Shown here in pieces: positions 1 to 12,150 of a DNA stretch of 64,000 nt. Below the pieces are notes generated by a model, which was not told where the DNA came from, ran no database searches, and saw only the letters and a program-made list of their open reading frames with translations. The translations under genes were made by a program, and so were the position numbers. Position 1 is the first letter of the stretch. Every line of letters begins with the position of its first letter. The stretch comes from an uncultured delta proteobacterium (GTDB lineage: Bacteria > Myxococcota > UBA727 > VGSZ01). Location of the stretch: assembly GCA_963775425.1 (NCBI GenBank), contig CAVZJB010000018.1, positions 211,582 through 275,581 of the forward strand, in the 5' to 3' direction.

Positions 1-294
1 CGCCATCTTCATGTCCTCGACGGTGCCGATGCCGGGCAACAGGAGCGCCGCCAGCTTGGAGTGCGTGAGCACCGCCTTCACTGCGCGCAGGTACTCCTCC
101 TCGGTGTGCCGCGAGAAGCCGTAGTTGAACGAGTTGCCGTTCAAGCCGTCGCCGTGGCTGACCTCGATGAGGTCGACGCGCGCTTCGTCGATCTTCCTGG
201 CGATGCTCGTCATCTGCTCGAGGGTGTACTGGTGACCGAGCGCGTGCATGCCGTCGCGCAGCGTCACGTCGTTGAGGATCAATCGCTTCGCCAT
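1..294 (-). CDS. dmpG: 4-hydroxy-2-oxovalerate aldolase, N-terminal part (runs off window start)
   Basis: Manual translation from ATG 294: [23 protein letters not shown]...[18 protein letters not shown]...LLLPGIGT, the DmpG/MhpE signature. Not in the ORF track. Confidence 0.93.
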   Translation of the reverse strand, partial: MAKRLILNDVTLRDGMHALGHQYTLEQMTSIARKIDEARVDLIEVSHGDGLNGNSFNYGFSRHTEEEYLRAVKAVLTHSKLAALLLPGIGTVEDMKMA

Positions 295-363
295 CGCGGC
301 ACGCTACCGTCGCCGCCGCGGGGGGCAAGCCCCCGCCCGACGATGGGGGCCGCCCGAGCTCAG

Positions 364-1122
364 AGGCTGACGCGTAACGTGTTGATCCGAGCCACCCGGA
401 AGGGGCCGGTGCTACGGCCACACGGCGGAGCGGAAAGGAGCTCCGAGCTCGGCGACGAAGACGCGCGCCGAGTTGAGCGCCGGGGCGCCGAGCTCTCCGC
501 TCCTTTCCGCTCCGGCGGTGGCGACGTTGTCTAGCCTTCGCTGATTCCGAGCGCCCAAGCGCTCGCAACTCACCGAGATTTGCGCGCCAAAAGTGCGGCT
601 CGAGCTGATCCGCCTTGCATGGTGAAGCTCAAGCGCGGCCGCGCGGGGCCGGCGATCGCCGCAAGCACCAGAAGCCTGATCCACGGCTGGACCAGTACAG
701 GGCGTGGATGAAGTGCGCCGCAGCGAAGGCGCGATACCGCACGCGCCCTGGTCTCGCCGAGCACGCCAACGCCGTGCTCAAGGCCCAGCTTGGCGTCGAC
801 ACGCTCTACGTACGGGGCTAGCGAAGGTGACGACGGTCGCCCTGATGGCAGCCGTGGCCTTCAACCTGCTGCAGAACCTCGCGAAGCTCACCGCCTGAAG
901 TCCGCGCCGACGTCGCATCGAGGCACGTCGGCGCGCACACGACCCGCACGAACCCGCCACGTGCGCTGATAGCGGGATCACAACACCGCTCGGACCCGCC
1001 GTTTCCTCACAACCTGCAGCGGTTCTTGCGCGCCGACGTGCCTCGCCACGTACTCCGCGCGGCGAGCCACCTTGTGGGCGGCTTCGCCGAGTGCTGCTAC
1101 GAGCCCTATTTTTCGTCAGCCT
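364..1122 (+). mobile_element. Internally deleted IS1182-like element / MITE, copy 1
   Basis: Terminal inverted repeat AGGCTGACG (364-372) / CGTCAGCCT (1114-1122). Arms 364-560 and 1006-1122 recur inverted at 40792-41168. Confidence 0.75.
615..898 (+). pseudogene. IS1182-like DDE transposase C-terminal remnant (frameshifted)
   Basis: YRAWMK..AKARYRTRPGLAEHANAVLKAQLG..LYVRG then, after a frameshift, LAKVTTVALMAAVAFNL; resembles the DDE_Tnp_1_6 C-terminus. Confidence 0.65.
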
Positions 1123-1123
1123 T

Positions 1124-2464
1124 TCAGTGCGCGGGCTTCATGGCGTCCCACATCTGCTGGTTGCGGAAGCCGATGCGCCTGCCGATGGCGTCGCTGTTTG
1201 GGTCGTTGTCCTGGTCCACCTTGGGCCACAGCGCGATGCCGAAGTGGGTCTCGTCGACGGTCTCGCCGGTCTTGTCGTCCTTCTTCAGCGAGCGCCACCA
1301 GGAGGAGTTGTCCTCGTCGTCCTTGTAGGGGGCGAACGCGTCGGCGTCCTTCATCTTGCGCGAGATGGCGGAGGCGTCGACGTCGCTCGTCGCCTTCACG
1401 TCGCCGTAGACGATGCAGGGGTACTCGTCGCAGTCGATGTGGGTGACGTCCCCCTCGATGCCGGCCTGCGTGAGCGCCGCGGTGAACGACCGCAACAGCG
1501 ACTGCTGCGAGAACCGCGGCGGGAGGTCGTCGGGGAAGGGCAGGGGCTCGCCCTGCGTCGCCTTGCGGTCCTGTTCGGCGCGCGCGAGCTGCTCCTCGTC
1601 CTTGCGCAGCTTCTCGCGGAGCGACTCGTTTTCGGCGAGCACCTTCTGCACGTCGCCGCTGCCGGCGGCGTGGCGCGCGTTGTCGAGCGCGGCCTTGAGG
1701 TCCTCGTTCTGGGCCCGCAGCCGGTACACGAGCGGCGACTCGCGCGGCGCCTTCACCTGCACCACGGGCGCGGAGTCGGCGTCGGCGGATACGACCTCGC
1801 CGGGGGCGACGTCGACGTGGCCGCGGGCGTTTCTCACCTCCACCGCGCCCTCGAGGACGGCCACCGTGAGGATGACGCCCGCGGCGGCGCCGGCGATGGC
1901 GGAGACCCGCGGTGTGAGGCCGGAGCGAAGGGAGGGGGCGGCGCGCGTGACGACGGGCATGATCGGTTTCTCCTGGAGATCGACGGTGAAGCAGGTGCCG
2001 TGCACGAGCACGTCGCCCGCGGGGGTCTGGACGGTGACGGGCGTCCCCTTGTCGACGCGGTAGAACGCCTTCCCCGCGCGCTGCTCGACGACGACGGGCC
2101 GCGCGCCGAACAGGCCGGCGAACGCGGGCGCCTCGTAGCGCACGCGCGCCTGCGGCTCGAGGACGGCGATGACGTCCTTGCCGATGGCAACGCTCTCGCG
2201 CGCGGCGGCCACGAGGTCGCCGTGGGCGCCGGCGCCCGCGACGACGGCGGCGCAGGCGAGGGCGGCGACGCCGGCGCAGGCCGCGGCGGCGCGGCGCCAA
2301 AGCGTGCGGCCCGCCGCGCGGCGGCGGTGCGCGGCGACCACGCCCGCGGCGAACCCGGGAGGCGGCGCGGCGACGTCGAGGCCGGCGACGAGGGCGTCGA
2401 TGCGTCCGGCGGCCTCGTCGTCCGCCCGCGCCTCGCCCGCGAAGGGAGCTCGCTCGTCCGTCAT
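1124..2464 (-). CDS. Putative membrane anti-sigma factor with FecR-like domain
   Basis: Starts 1 nt downstream of the ECF sigma stop. TM segment, VQTPAGDVLVHGTCFTV and VAVLEGAVEV FecR-like strands, coiled coil. Confidence 0.65.
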   Translation of the reverse strand: MTDERAPFAGEARADDEAAGRIDALVAGLDVAAPPPGFAAGVVAAHRRRAAGRTLWRRAAAACAGVAALACAAVVAGAGAHGDLVAAARESVAIGKDVIAVLEPQARVRYEAPAFAGLFGARPVVVEQRAGKAFYRVDKGTPVTVQTPAGDVLVHGTCFTVDLQEKPIMPVVTRAAPSLRSGLTPRVSAIAGAAAGVILTVAVLEGAVEVRNARGHVDVAPGEVVSADADSAPVVQVKAPRESPLVYRLRAQNEDLKAALDNARHAAGSGDVQKVLAENESLREKLRKDEEQLARAEQDRKATQGEPLPFPDDLPPRFSQQSLLRSFTAALTQAGIEGDVTHIDCDEYPCIVYGDVKATSDVDASAISRKMKDADAFAPYKDDEDNSSWWRSLKKDDKTGETVDETHFGIALWPKVDQDNDPNSDAIGRRIGFRNQQMWDAMKPAH

Positions 2465-2465
2465 C

Positions 2466-3086
2466 TCACACCTCTCCGATCTGCGCGCGCAGCTTCTCTC
2501 TCGCCCGCGACAACCGCGACTTCACCGTGCCCGTGTCGACGCCCAACGCGCGCGCGGTGTCGTCGACGCTCAATTCGCCGGTGACCCGCAGCGCAAACGT
2601 GGCGCGCAGCTCCGGCGACAGGGACGCGAGCGCGCGCTCCACGCGGCGCTTGAGCGCCTGCTCGAGGACGACGGCCTCGCCGAGGGCGGGCGAGGCGAGC
2701 CCGGCGTCGTCGACGTCGAGCATCTCCGGGGTGCGGCGGCGCCGTCGCAGCTCGTCGAGGCACAGGCGCGTCGCGATGGTCAGGATCCACGTCGACAGCC
2801 GCGCGGGCCCGTCGGGGTCGAAGCGCCGAAGCGACGAGAACACGCGCAAGAAGCACTCCTGGCACACGTCCTCCACCCGCGCTCCGCCCGTCGACGACGG
2901 CCGGCCGAGCGTTCGGCCCACCACGGCGAACACCCGCGCCTGGTACGTCTCCACCAGCGCGCGGCACGCGGCCTCGTCGCCGGTGCGGGCGCGGGCCAGG
3001 GTGGCGTCGTCGAGCTCGCGCGCCCGCGGCGCGGGCGGCGGCTCGGGATCCTTGACGAGGGCGAGAGGGGCCACGTCCTGTTTCAC
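2466..3086 (-). CDS. ECF RNA polymerase sigma factor
   Basis: Region 2 (EDVCQECFLRVF...LSTWILTIATRLCLDELRRR) and region 4 (TARALGVDTGTVKSRLSRAREKL). Confidence 0.92.
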   Translation of the reverse strand: MKQDVAPLALVKDPEPPPAPRARELDDATLARARTGDEAACRALVETYQARVFAVVGRTLGRPSSTGGARVEDVCQECFLRVFSSLRRFDPDGPARLSTWILTIATRLCLDELRRRRRTPEMLDVDDAGLASPALGEAVVLEQALKRRVERALASLSPELRATFALRVTGELSVDDTARALGVDTGTVKSRLSRAREKLRAQIGEV

Positions 3087-3135
3087 GCCGCCGCCGCCCC
3101 GAGGTTCCCGCTGATCCGCGGGCCGCGGCCTCGCG

Positions 3136-5769
3136 TCACAGGCGGCGCTTGATGGCCTTGTACGCCGCGCTGATGTCGGCGGTCTCGAAGCAACTGTCGC
3201 CGGCGCGGCCGACGCGGTCGACGACGTCGAGCGCCGCGCGCGTCTTGCCCGCAGCCGCCAGCGCCGCCATCGCGGCCCGGCGCGAGGCGCACGAGCCCTC
3301 GCGCGGCATCAGGTCGAGGATGGCGGTCTGCTCGAGGTCGAGCGGCGCGAGGTTGCCGCGCTCCACCAACACCGCCGCCGCGTTGGTGCGCATCGCGGCG
3401 CGTACGTCGAGGGTCTCTGCGGCCAGGCGCTCGTCGACGGAGGGGTCGGGCCACAGCACGAGCATGTCGATCTCGTCGTCGGGCGCCGACGCGTCGAGCC
3501 GGTCGAGCAGGAAGTCGGCCTCGAGGGCGTCGGTGGCCGCGGGGAAGGCGTCCTCGTACAGCTCGAGCGCGCGCCCGGGCTCGCCGAGGGCCGCGTAGGC
3601 GTCGGCGAGCACGAGGTCCTGCGCGGGCGAGCGCTCGCCGTCGCCGTCGAGCGCCTGGATCACGTCGGCGGCGTCGCCCGCCTGCACCTTGGTGAGCGCG
3701 ACGTCGTAGGGCATGGTCGCGTGCTGCGTGTGCGCCGCCGCGGCCACACCGAGGACGACGGCCAGCACCGCCCCGAGCGCCACCGCCACCACCGCCACGG
3801 GCGGCACCTCGCCGAGCTTGGGGTGCACCTTCGAAAGCGCCGGGCGCAGCGGCTCGAGCGCCGCCGGCACCTCGCGCGCCGTGGTGGCCCACATTCGCCG
3901 CGCCGCCGGCGTCACCTTCGCGGACGCCCCGCGCAGCGCGGGCGCCACCCGCGCCCACAGGGCGCTCGCCCGCTCCTTGGCCACCATGAGCGGCGGGCGC
4001 TGCACCACCAGCGGCTCGCGCAGCGTGACGTCGTCGATGTCCGCGCCGGCGCCGTCGACGAACTGGATGCCGTCGCCGATGCCGCTCACCGGCTTGGGCT
4101 TGCCCGCCTGCGTCGGCTCCGCCCGCTGCGCCGGCGGCTGCTGCGGCCACACCGGCGCGCCCTCGCCCGTGCGCACCCGCGGCTTGGCCAGGCTCGGCAG
4201 CGGCGTCCCCGCGCGCGGCGGCGGCCGCGGCGTCATCGTGGGCTTGGCCGGCGTGTCGGCGCCCGAGTGCGGCGCCGTCAGCGGCGGCACCGGCGACGAC
4301 GTCACCGGCCCCGCCGCCGGTGCCCGGGCCGCCGCGGGCGCATGGGCTGCCGGCGCCGGGGCCGGCGCGCTCGACGACGTCTCGTCGATGTGCCGCATGG
4401 CCTCGAGGAGGACGAACGTCGTCGGCCGGTGGATGTTTTTTTCGCAGGGCTCCTTTTCGTAGTGGATGCGAAAGAAGCCCTCCTTCTGCGTGCACAGCGT
4501 GACCACCGCGGGCTCGCCGGTCTGCTCGTTGGCGGTGCACGCGACGAGCTGCCCGTCGTGCACGTGGACCACGCCCTTGAGCGGCACGCCCGTCTCGGGC
4601 GCCGTGTGCACCTCGATGCTCGCGCTCTTCTTGCCGATTTCGAGCATCTGGATGATCTCGGTGACCGACATCTGCTTGAGCGTGCCCATCACCCCCGTCG
4701 GCTGCGCCGCGTACGGGTTCGACACCTCCATCTCCGACGACCCCGCGTCGAACGGCGACGACACCTGCGGCGGCGCCGCGCGCTCCTCCCGCTGCTGCGC
4801 CGCGCGCGGCTTGGGCGCGGGCCTCGGCGGCGCCATGGTCGGCCACTGCGGCTCCGACGGCGCGGGCGCCGCCGCCACCGGCCCCGACGCCGTGCCGCGC
4901 AGCGCGCGCGCGACGGCGTCGTCGAGGAGCTTGGCCACCTCGCCCGCGGTCTGCGGGCGCCGCGACGGGTCCTTGTGCAGGAGGCGGTAGAGGATGTCGA
5001 CGACGGCGATGCCCGCGTCCGGCACCATGGTGGCGATGGAGGGCACCGGCTTTTTCTGGTGCGCCGCCAGCACGTCGGGCGTGGGCCCCTCGAACAGCGG
5101 CCGCGCCGTCACGAGCTGAAAGAGGGTGGCCCCGAGCGCGTAGATGTCCGTGCGGACGTCGGCGGGGGCGCCCCGCACCAGCTCGGGCGCGACGAACGCC
5201 GGGGTGCCGTAGACGCCCTCGGGCCCGCCGAGCCGCGACAGGGGCGCGGCGAAGCCGAAGTCCGTGAGCTTGACGCTGCCGTCGTCGAGGAGGAACAGGT
5301 TCGAGGGCTTGATGTCCCGGTGGGCGACGCCCACGTGGCTCGCCGCCTCCACCGCCCGTGCGGCGTCGCGCACCGCCGACAAGGCCTGGGACACGGGGAA
5401 CCGGCCGTTCTTCACGAGGAGCGTACGCAGGTCCCGCCCTGTCGGCAGCCGCTCGAAGGCCACGTAGGGGCCCGCCGCGGCCTCGCCCACGTCGACGACC
5501 CGGGCGACGTTTTCGTGGGCGCGCAGCCCCGCGATCACCCGGTTTTCGCGGAGCATGCGCTGCACCGCGTTGCGGTCGAGGGCCGCCTGCTTGGTGAGCA
5601 CCTTGACGACGACGATCTCGCCGCTGCGCTCGGCGCGGCACTCGTACGCCCGGGCCTGCGTGCCCTCCGCGAGCACGCGGATGAGCGTGTAGCCGGGCAC
5701 GGCCTCGAGCGCGTCGGCGCTCCGGAGGGTCGGCAGATCGGCCGTGGAGTCGGCATCGCGCTCGGACAT
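3136..5769 (-). CDS. Ser/Thr protein kinase with DUF4388 domain, Pro-rich linker and TM segment
   Basis: VVVK, HRDIKPSN, DFG, GTPAFVAPE motifs; GTLKQMSVTEIIQMLE...GVVHVHDGQLV is DUF4388-like. Confidence 0.88.
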   Translation of the reverse strand: MSERDADSTADLPTLRSADALEAVPGYTLIRVLAEGTQARAYECRAERSGEIVVVKVLTKQAALDRNAVQRMLRENRVIAGLRAHENVARVVDVGEAAAGPYVAFERLPTGRDLRTLLVKNGRFPVSQALSAVRDAARAVEAASHVGVAHRDIKPSNLFLLDDGSVKLTDFGFAAPLSRLGGPEGVYGTPAFVAPELVRGAPADVRTDIYALGATLFQLVTARPLFEGPTPDVLAAHQKKPVPSIATMVPDAGIAVVDILYRLLHKDPSRRPQTAGEVAKLLDDAVARALRGTASGPVAAAPAPSEPQWPTMAPPRPAPKPRAAQQREERAAPPQVSSPFDAGSSEMEVSNPYAAQPTGVMGTLKQMSVTEIIQMLEIGKKSASIEVHTAPETGVPLKGVVHVHDGQLVACTANEQTGEPAVVTLCTQKEGFFRIHYEKEPCEKNIHRPTTFVLLEAMRHIDETSSSAPAPAPAAHAPAAARAPAAGPVTSSPVPPLTAPHSGADTPAKPTMTPRPPPRAGTPLPSLAKPRVRTGEGAPVWPQQPPAQRAEPTQAGKPKPVSGIGDGIQFVDGAGADIDDVTLREPLVVQRPPLMVAKERASALWARVAPALRGASAKVTPAARRMWATTAREVPAALEPLRPALSKVHPKLGEVPPVAVVAVALGAVLAVVLGVAAAAHTQHATMPYDVALTKVQAGDAADVIQALDGDGERSPAQDLVLADAYAALGEPGRALELYEDAFPAATDALEADFLLDRLDASAPDDEIDMLVLWPDPSVDERLAAETLDVRAAMRTNAAAVLVERGNLAPLDLEQTAILDLMPREGSCASRRAAMAALAAAGKTRAALDVVDRVGRAGDSCFETADISAAYKAIKRRL

Positions 5770-5955
5770 GGGTCTCCGAGGGGAGCATTGCGCGTCGACG
5801 CAGGTTTCGGAAAGTCCCGGGCCCCGTCGTCCCGCCGAGTCGTTGGCATCGCCGCCTCAGGCCGCTAACGACGACCCCGTGCAGCTCCGACGACTTTTCC
5901 CGCTCCCCTCGCCTGTCTCGCGCTTGCCCTCGGGTGTGCGCCTCCCCTCGAGCCG

Positions 5956-7077
5956 TTGCCGTTCGAGCCCGCCGGGCCCGACGCCGCGCCCGACCCGTCG
6001 ACCTTCGGCCCGTTCCCCGTCGGGGTGCGCACCGTGACGTTCGTCGACGACACGCGCCCCGCGCCCCCGAACGGTGACGGCACGCCGCGGGACCACGACC
6101 ACCGCACGCTGGTCACCGAGATCTGGTACCCCGCCGACGAGTCCGCCCGGGGAAAACCCGGCGAGGACTACGTCCTGTACGACGCCCTCCCCGCCGACAT
6201 CCAGGCGCAGCTCGGGCCCGCCGACCTCGGCACGCTCGAGACCACCGCCGTGCGCGACGCCGCCCCGCGGCCCGATCGCGGCCCGTTCCCCGTCGTCCTG
6301 TTCTCCCACGGCAAGGGCGGCATCCGCATGCAGTCGACGTACTACACGGTGGCGCTGGCCAGCCACGGCTACGTCGTCGTCGCCCCCGACCACGAGGGCG
6401 ACACCATCGTCGACCTGCTCGAGACCGGCGACGTGGACTTCACCACCACCACCGACAGCTACATCGACCGCCCCATCGACATCGAGTTCATCGCCGACGA
6501 GCTCGCCGCGCTCCCCGACGACGACCCCGTCAAGCCGCTCATGGACCTCGACAACATGGCGGTGACGGGCCACTCCTTCGGCGCGCTGACGTCGATGATC
6601 GTGGTCGGCGAGGATTACCGCTTCCACGCCGCCGTCGCGCAGTCGCCCGTGGGCGTGACGCTGGTGACGGCGTCGACGCCGGGGCCCCTGGAGGAGCTCG
6701 GCAAGCCCCTGATGATCCAGTCCGGCGGCGAGGATCGCACGCTCCCCGAGGACGTCGACGCCCAGTCGCTCTGGGACCACATGGTCGCGCCGCGCGCCTG
6801 GGAGTCCCTCGTGCGCGCCGGCCACTTCACCTACAGCGACCTGTGCATCCTCGACGTCGCCGCCATCGACGACGCCCTCGCCATCGACGCCAGCAACGTC
6901 CTCGAGGACGGCTGCGGCCCCGAGAACATCCCGCCCGACGAGGCGTTCCCGCTGATCCGCGACGGCGCCATCGGGTTCTTCAACATCCACCTGCGCGGAA
7001 GCGCAGGCTCGAAGAAGTGGCTAACCCAATCGGCACTCGACGCCCTCGCCACCGGTGAGGGCACCCTGCAGGAGTGA
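5956..7077 (+). CDS. Alpha/beta hydrolase (PAF-AH/dienelactone-hydrolase-like), probable lipoprotein; start uncertain
   Basis: FPVVLFSHGKGG, LASHGYVVVAPDH, nucleophile GHSFG, AGHFTYSD. An in-frame LALALGC lies just upstream of the called start. Confidence 0.85.
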   Translation: MPFEPAGPDAAPDPSTFGPFPVGVRTVTFVDDTRPAPPNGDGTPRDHDHRTLVTEIWYPADESARGKPGEDYVLYDALPADIQAQLGPADLGTLETTAVRDAAPRPDRGPFPVVLFSHGKGGIRMQSTYYTVALASHGYVVVAPDHEGDTIVDLLETGDVDFTTTTDSYIDRPIDIEFIADELAALPDDDPVKPLMDLDNMAVTGHSFGALTSMIVVGEDYRFHAAVAQSPVGVTLVTASTPGPLEELGKPLMIQSGGEDRTLPEDVDAQSLWDHMVAPRAWESLVRAGHFTYSDLCILDVAAIDDALAIDASNVLEDGCGPENIPPDEAFPLIRDGAIGFFNIHLRGSAGSKKWLTQSALDALATGEGTLQE

Positions 7078-7337
7078 TCATGTCCGTGCGCTTCCCCGCC
7101 CTCGTCCTCGCCCTCCTGCTCGCGGGCCTCGCCGGCTGCGCCGGCCGCACCGTCGTCGACACCGTCACGCCCTCCGAGGGCGAAGGCGAGGGCGAGGGCG
7201 AGGGCGAAGGCGAAGGCGAAGGAGAAGGCGAGGGCGAGGGCGAGGGCGAAGGCGAGGGCGAGGGCGAAGGCGAAGGCGAAGGCGAAGGAGAAGGAGAAGG
7301 CGAAGGCGAAGGAGAAGGAGAAGGCGAAGGAGAGTGA
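7074..7337 (+). CDS. Small lipoprotein whose mature part is essentially a (GE)26 tract
   Basis: Signal peptide with lipobox LAGC; start overlaps the hydrolase stop; mixed GAG/GAA and GGC/GGA codons in the tract. Confidence 0.7.
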   Translation: MIMSVRFPALVLALLLAGLAGCAGRTVVDTVTPSEGEGEGEGEGEGEGEGEGEGEGEGEGEGEGEGEGEGEGEGEGEGEGEGEGEGE

Positions 7338-7371
7338 CCCGCAAGGAGCGGTGCGTCCCCCGAGGGCGTCC

Positions 7372-8280
7372 CTAGGCGGCGAGCAGCTCTGCCGTCCGCA
7401 GCGCCGCCGACGTCATGATGTCGAGGTTGCCGGCGTACTTGGGCAGGTAGTGCGCCGCGCCTTCGACCTCGAGGAAGACCGTGACCTTCAGGCCCTTTCG
7501 CGGCGCCGTCCCCGGCATCTTCAGCTCGACCTCGTCGAACACCGGGTCCTGCTTCAGGCGGTACCCGGGCACGTATTGCTGCACCTCGGCCACGCGCTTC
7601 TTCACGCTCTGAGCGACCGCGTCGTCGTCGGTGGTCTCGGCGAAGCAGTAGACCGTGTCGCGCATGATCACCGGCGGCTCCGCCGGGTTCAGCACGATGA
7701 TGGCCTTCCCGCGCGCGGCGCCGCCGACCTTCTCGATGGCCCGCGCCGTCGTCACCGTGAATTCGTCGATGTTCGCGCGCGTCCCCGGGCCCGCGCTCTT
7801 CGACGCGATAGAGGCCACGATCTCCGCGTACGGCACGGTGGCCACGGAGCTCACGGCGTGCACGATCGGGATGGTCGCCTGGCCGCCGCACGTCGTCATG
7901 TTCACGTTCATCGCGCCCTCGCGGGCGACGTCGGCGAGGTTCACCACCGGCACCACGTACGGCCCCAGCGCCGCCGGCGTCATGTCCACCACGCGCTTGC
8001 CCCTCTCGGCGAGCAGCTTGGCGTGGTGCAGGTGCGCCTTGGCGCTGGTGGCGTCGAAGACCACCGCGACGTCGGAGAAGCGCGGGTGCGCGAGCAGGCC
8101 CTCGATGCCCTCGTGCGTGGCGTCGACCTTCATGCGCCGCGCTCGCGCGAGGCCGTCGCTGTCCTTGTCGATGCCGACGAGCAGCGCGACGTCGAGCTTC
8201 TCCGACGTGCGCAGCACCTTCACCATCAAGTCGGTGCCGATGTTCCCCGAGCCGATAATCGCGCAGAGCTTCTTGGTCAT
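7372..8280 (-). CDS. mhpF: Acetaldehyde dehydrogenase (acylating)
   Basis: [55 protein letters not shown]. True start ATG at 8280. Confidence 0.95.
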   Translation of the reverse strand: MTKKLCAIIGSGNIGTDLMVKVLRTSEKLDVALLVGIDKDSDGLARARRMKVDATHEGIEGLLAHPRFSDVAVVFDATSAKAHLHHAKLLAERGKRVVDMTPAALGPYVVPVVNLADVAREGAMNVNMTTCGGQATIPIVHAVSSVATVPYAEIVASIASKSAGPGTRANIDEFTVTTARAIEKVGGAARGKAIIVLNPAEPPVIMRDTVYCFAETTDDDAVAQSVKKRVAEVQQYVPGYRLKQDPVFDEVELKMPGTAPRKGLKVTVFLEVEGAAHYLPKYAGNLDIMTSAALRTAELLAA

Positions 8281-9353
8281 CGAGGCGGAGGAGGCACGAA
8301 GTGGACGACCGGCGCAATGCGGGCCGGGGCGTCGGGCTCGCCGCGCACGGCGTACAGGCAGCGCGCCGCCGCTTCTTGCCACGGGCCGACGCTGCGGCCC
8401 GGGTTGAAGGCGGCGAAGTTGATGAGCTCCCGGGCGCACGGCATCCCGCTGTCGCGCATCGCCTCGACGTATTCGCTCTCGCCGACGATGCCGCGCCGCG
8501 GGTGCACGAGGTCGAAGCGCATCACGCTGACGTCGCTGCCCGCGCCGGACGTGGTGTTGAGGGCCTCGACCATCCAGAACACGCCGTCCCGGTAGGTCCA
8601 CAGGCGGAAGCGATCGACCTCGCCGCTCTTGATGTGCTCCCCGCGCGGCGCGTCCGCGCCGAAGACGCGGGCGGCGGCGTCGGCGAAGGCCTCGCGCGGC
8701 GGGTGCGGCGCATACCAACCGCATTGCCCCGCCTCGACGAGGCCGGTGTTCCCCCGATGACCGCGCATGACGGCGTCGTCGGGAGCGAGCAGGAAGCGCA
8801 CGCCGACGTCGCAACTGTGCGACCCGGCCTCGCGCGGCGGCTCGTCGGCGCCGGGCACCAGCCGGCGCTTGACCTCGAGGGCGTACGAACGAACGGAGCC
8901 GGTGCCGCCGTCGGGGGCGGGCGCGAGCAACACGAGGGACTCGTCGCCGGGGGTGGCGCAGCCGAGGGCGCGCTGCTCGACCGACTCGTCGACGCTCATC
9001 CCCGCGCTGCACGGGGCGAGCGCCTGCCGCACCTTCTGCTCGAGGTCCCAGACCGAGCCGTCGACGCGGCCGCTCTCGACCCCCGTCGCCGGGAAGCTCC
9101 CGCGGTCGGTGGCGAAGCCCGGAAACGGCGGCGCCACGAACACCGCCGAGACCGCGCGCTCGTCATGCGACGCGGTGGACGCCGCCTGCGTTGTCGTCAC
9201 CGACGTCGACGGCGCGGGCGCGGCGGCGGGTGGGGCGTGGCGCGCCGAGAGGGCGCCGACGACACCGACGACGACGCCGGCGACGAGGCCGCACAGGCCC
9301 CAGGAGGGGCCATGCAGCGGGATGGGGCGATGGTCGATCTCGCTGGGGGGCAT
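8277..9353 (-). CDS. Hypothetical membrane-anchored protein
   Basis: N-terminal TM helix, normal codon bias, stop overlaps the mhpF start (ATGA). Confidence 0.65.
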   Translation of the reverse strand: MPPSEIDHRPIPLHGPSWGLCGLVAGVVVGVVGALSARHAPPAAAPAPSTSVTTTQAASTASHDERAVSAVFVAPPFPGFATDRGSFPATGVESGRVDGSVWDLEQKVRQALAPCSAGMSVDESVEQRALGCATPGDESLVLLAPAPDGGTGSVRSYALEVKRRLVPGADEPPREAGSHSCDVGVRFLLAPDDAVMRGHRGNTGLVEAGQCGWYAPHPPREAFADAAARVFGADAPRGEHIKSGEVDRFRLWTYRDGVFWMVEALNTTSGAGSDVSVMRFDLVHPRRGIVGESEYVEAMRDSGMPCARELINFAAFNPGRSVGPWQEAAARCLYAVRGEPDAPARIAPVVHFVPPPPR

Positions 9354-9418
9354 CGCGCGAGTCTAGTCCAGCGCGCGCGGGCCGTGCCGGAGCGGACAGA
9401 TCGGCGACGCCCCCGGCG

Positions 9419-10837
<1,419 letters not shown>

Positions 10838-10947
10838 GGAGTCCTCCGGCCCCCGTCTGCCCGGCGTTGGCAGCGGGCGCAAGGGCATGACGAGGTAAAA
10901 TTCCTGCCCGAGGTACCGGCCGTGCTCGATCGCTGTGACAAGCGCGC

Positions 10948-11457
10948 TCAGACCGGCGCCCAGTGCTGGAGGAACGCGAGCACCTTGTCGGGGTCGTGGC
11001 CGACGCTCTTGTCCTCCTTCTCGAGGGCGCCCGTCTCCTGCGTGTGCAGGACGGTGCCGTCGGCATCGAGCACGAGGATGACGGGGAAGCCGTTGGAAAA
11101 CGGGTTGTTGTACTTGACGTTCAAGCGGGCGTTGGTGTCGCTGTCGACGTGGACGACCACGAAGCTCTTGTCCAGGAGCGCGTGGACGGGGCCGTTGCGC
11201 GCCATGAGGTCGTCGAGGGCGTGGCACCACTTGCACCAGTTGCCCCCGAAGATGAGCAGGACGCGCTTGTTTTCGGTCTTGGCCTTCTGCTCGGCGGCGG
11301 CGATGAGCTTGTCGCCGTCGGCGGCGGGGTCGTAGGCGTCGTAGCCGGCGAGCGCGGGGTGCTGCGGCTGGCCCGCGGCGGCCGCCTCCCCCCGGGTGCA
11401 GCCTCCGGCGGCGGCGGCGAGGACGACGACGGCGGCGAGGGCGGGGAGCAAGCGCAT
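10948..11457 (-). CDS. Exported thioredoxin-family protein
   Basis: [12 protein letters not shown] (CxxC), cis-Pro GFP, signal/lipobox AGGC. Confidence 0.85.
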   Translation of the reverse strand: MRLLPALAAVVVLAAAAGGCTRGEAAAAGQPQHPALAGYDAYDPAADGDKLIAAAEQKAKTENKRVLLIFGGNWCKWCHALDDLMARNGPVHALLDKSFVVVHVDSDTNARLNVKYNNPFSNGFPVILVLDADGTVLHTQETGALEKEDKSVGHDPDKVLAFLQHWAPV

Positions 11458-11577
11458 GCGCCGGTCCTAGCGGCGCGGGCGCCGGGTGCCAACCGCCCGG
11501 GCCCCGCATGCGCACGGACGTCTCAACAGAGCTCTCGTCGCCGCGGCGCGGTAGAGTCCGCCGCGAGGAGAAAGCAC

Positions 11578-12150
11578 ATGCGATTGCATCCGGGCTTCAT
11601 CGCCGCCGCCGTCGTCGGCCTCACGTTGGCGACGCCGTCGCGCGCGGGCGACCACGGGAAGGCGCACTTCGACAAGGCGAAGGCCGTCGCCAAAGACAAG
11701 GCGAAGGCGAAGGCGAAGGACAAGGACAAGGACCACAGGGGCAAGGACGACGACAAGCGCCGCGGCGACGACGAGGAGCACGGCGACAGAGGTCACGACG
11801 GGGATCACGACGCCGCGGCCGACACAGGGCGCGGCGAGGGCGCCGACAAGCTCGCGCACGAAAACGACAAGCACGAGCGGCGGATGGCGCTCATCGCCAA
11901 GCTCGACAAGATCGCGGCCGACGGCATGAAGGCCGACCTGGCGGCGAAGGCGAAGGGCCTGCGCGACAAGGAGGACACCCGCCACGCGCGCGTGCTCGCG
12001 CGGCTCAACGGCGACGAGCACGGCAAGGCGGGCGACGAGCACGGCAAGGCCGGCGACGAGCACGGCAAGGCCGGCGACGAGCACGGCAAGGCCGGCGACG
12101 AGCACGGCAAGGCCGGGGAGCACGGCAAGCACAAGGGAGGTGCCAAGTGA
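11578..12150 (+). CDS. Secreted Lys/His/Asp-rich protein with GDEHGKA repeats
   Basis: RBS GAGGAG before ATG 11578; signal peptide; 21-bp tandem repeat about x5 at 12010-12129. Confidence 0.7.
   Translation: MRLHPGFIAAAVVGLTLATPSRAGDHGKAHFDKAKAVAKDKAKAKAKDKDKDHRGKDDDKRRGDDEEHGDRGHDGDHDAAADTGRGEGADKLAHENDKHERRMALIAKLDKIAADGMKADLAAKAKGLRDKEDTRHARVLARLNGDEHGKAGDEHGKAGDEHGKAGDEHGKAGDEHGKAGEHGKHKGGAK

Noticed and set aside
7177-7334. GE tracts as phase-variable microsatellites
   Set aside because: The 6-bp unit keeps the frame and the codons are heterogeneous, so it cannot act as an on/off switch.
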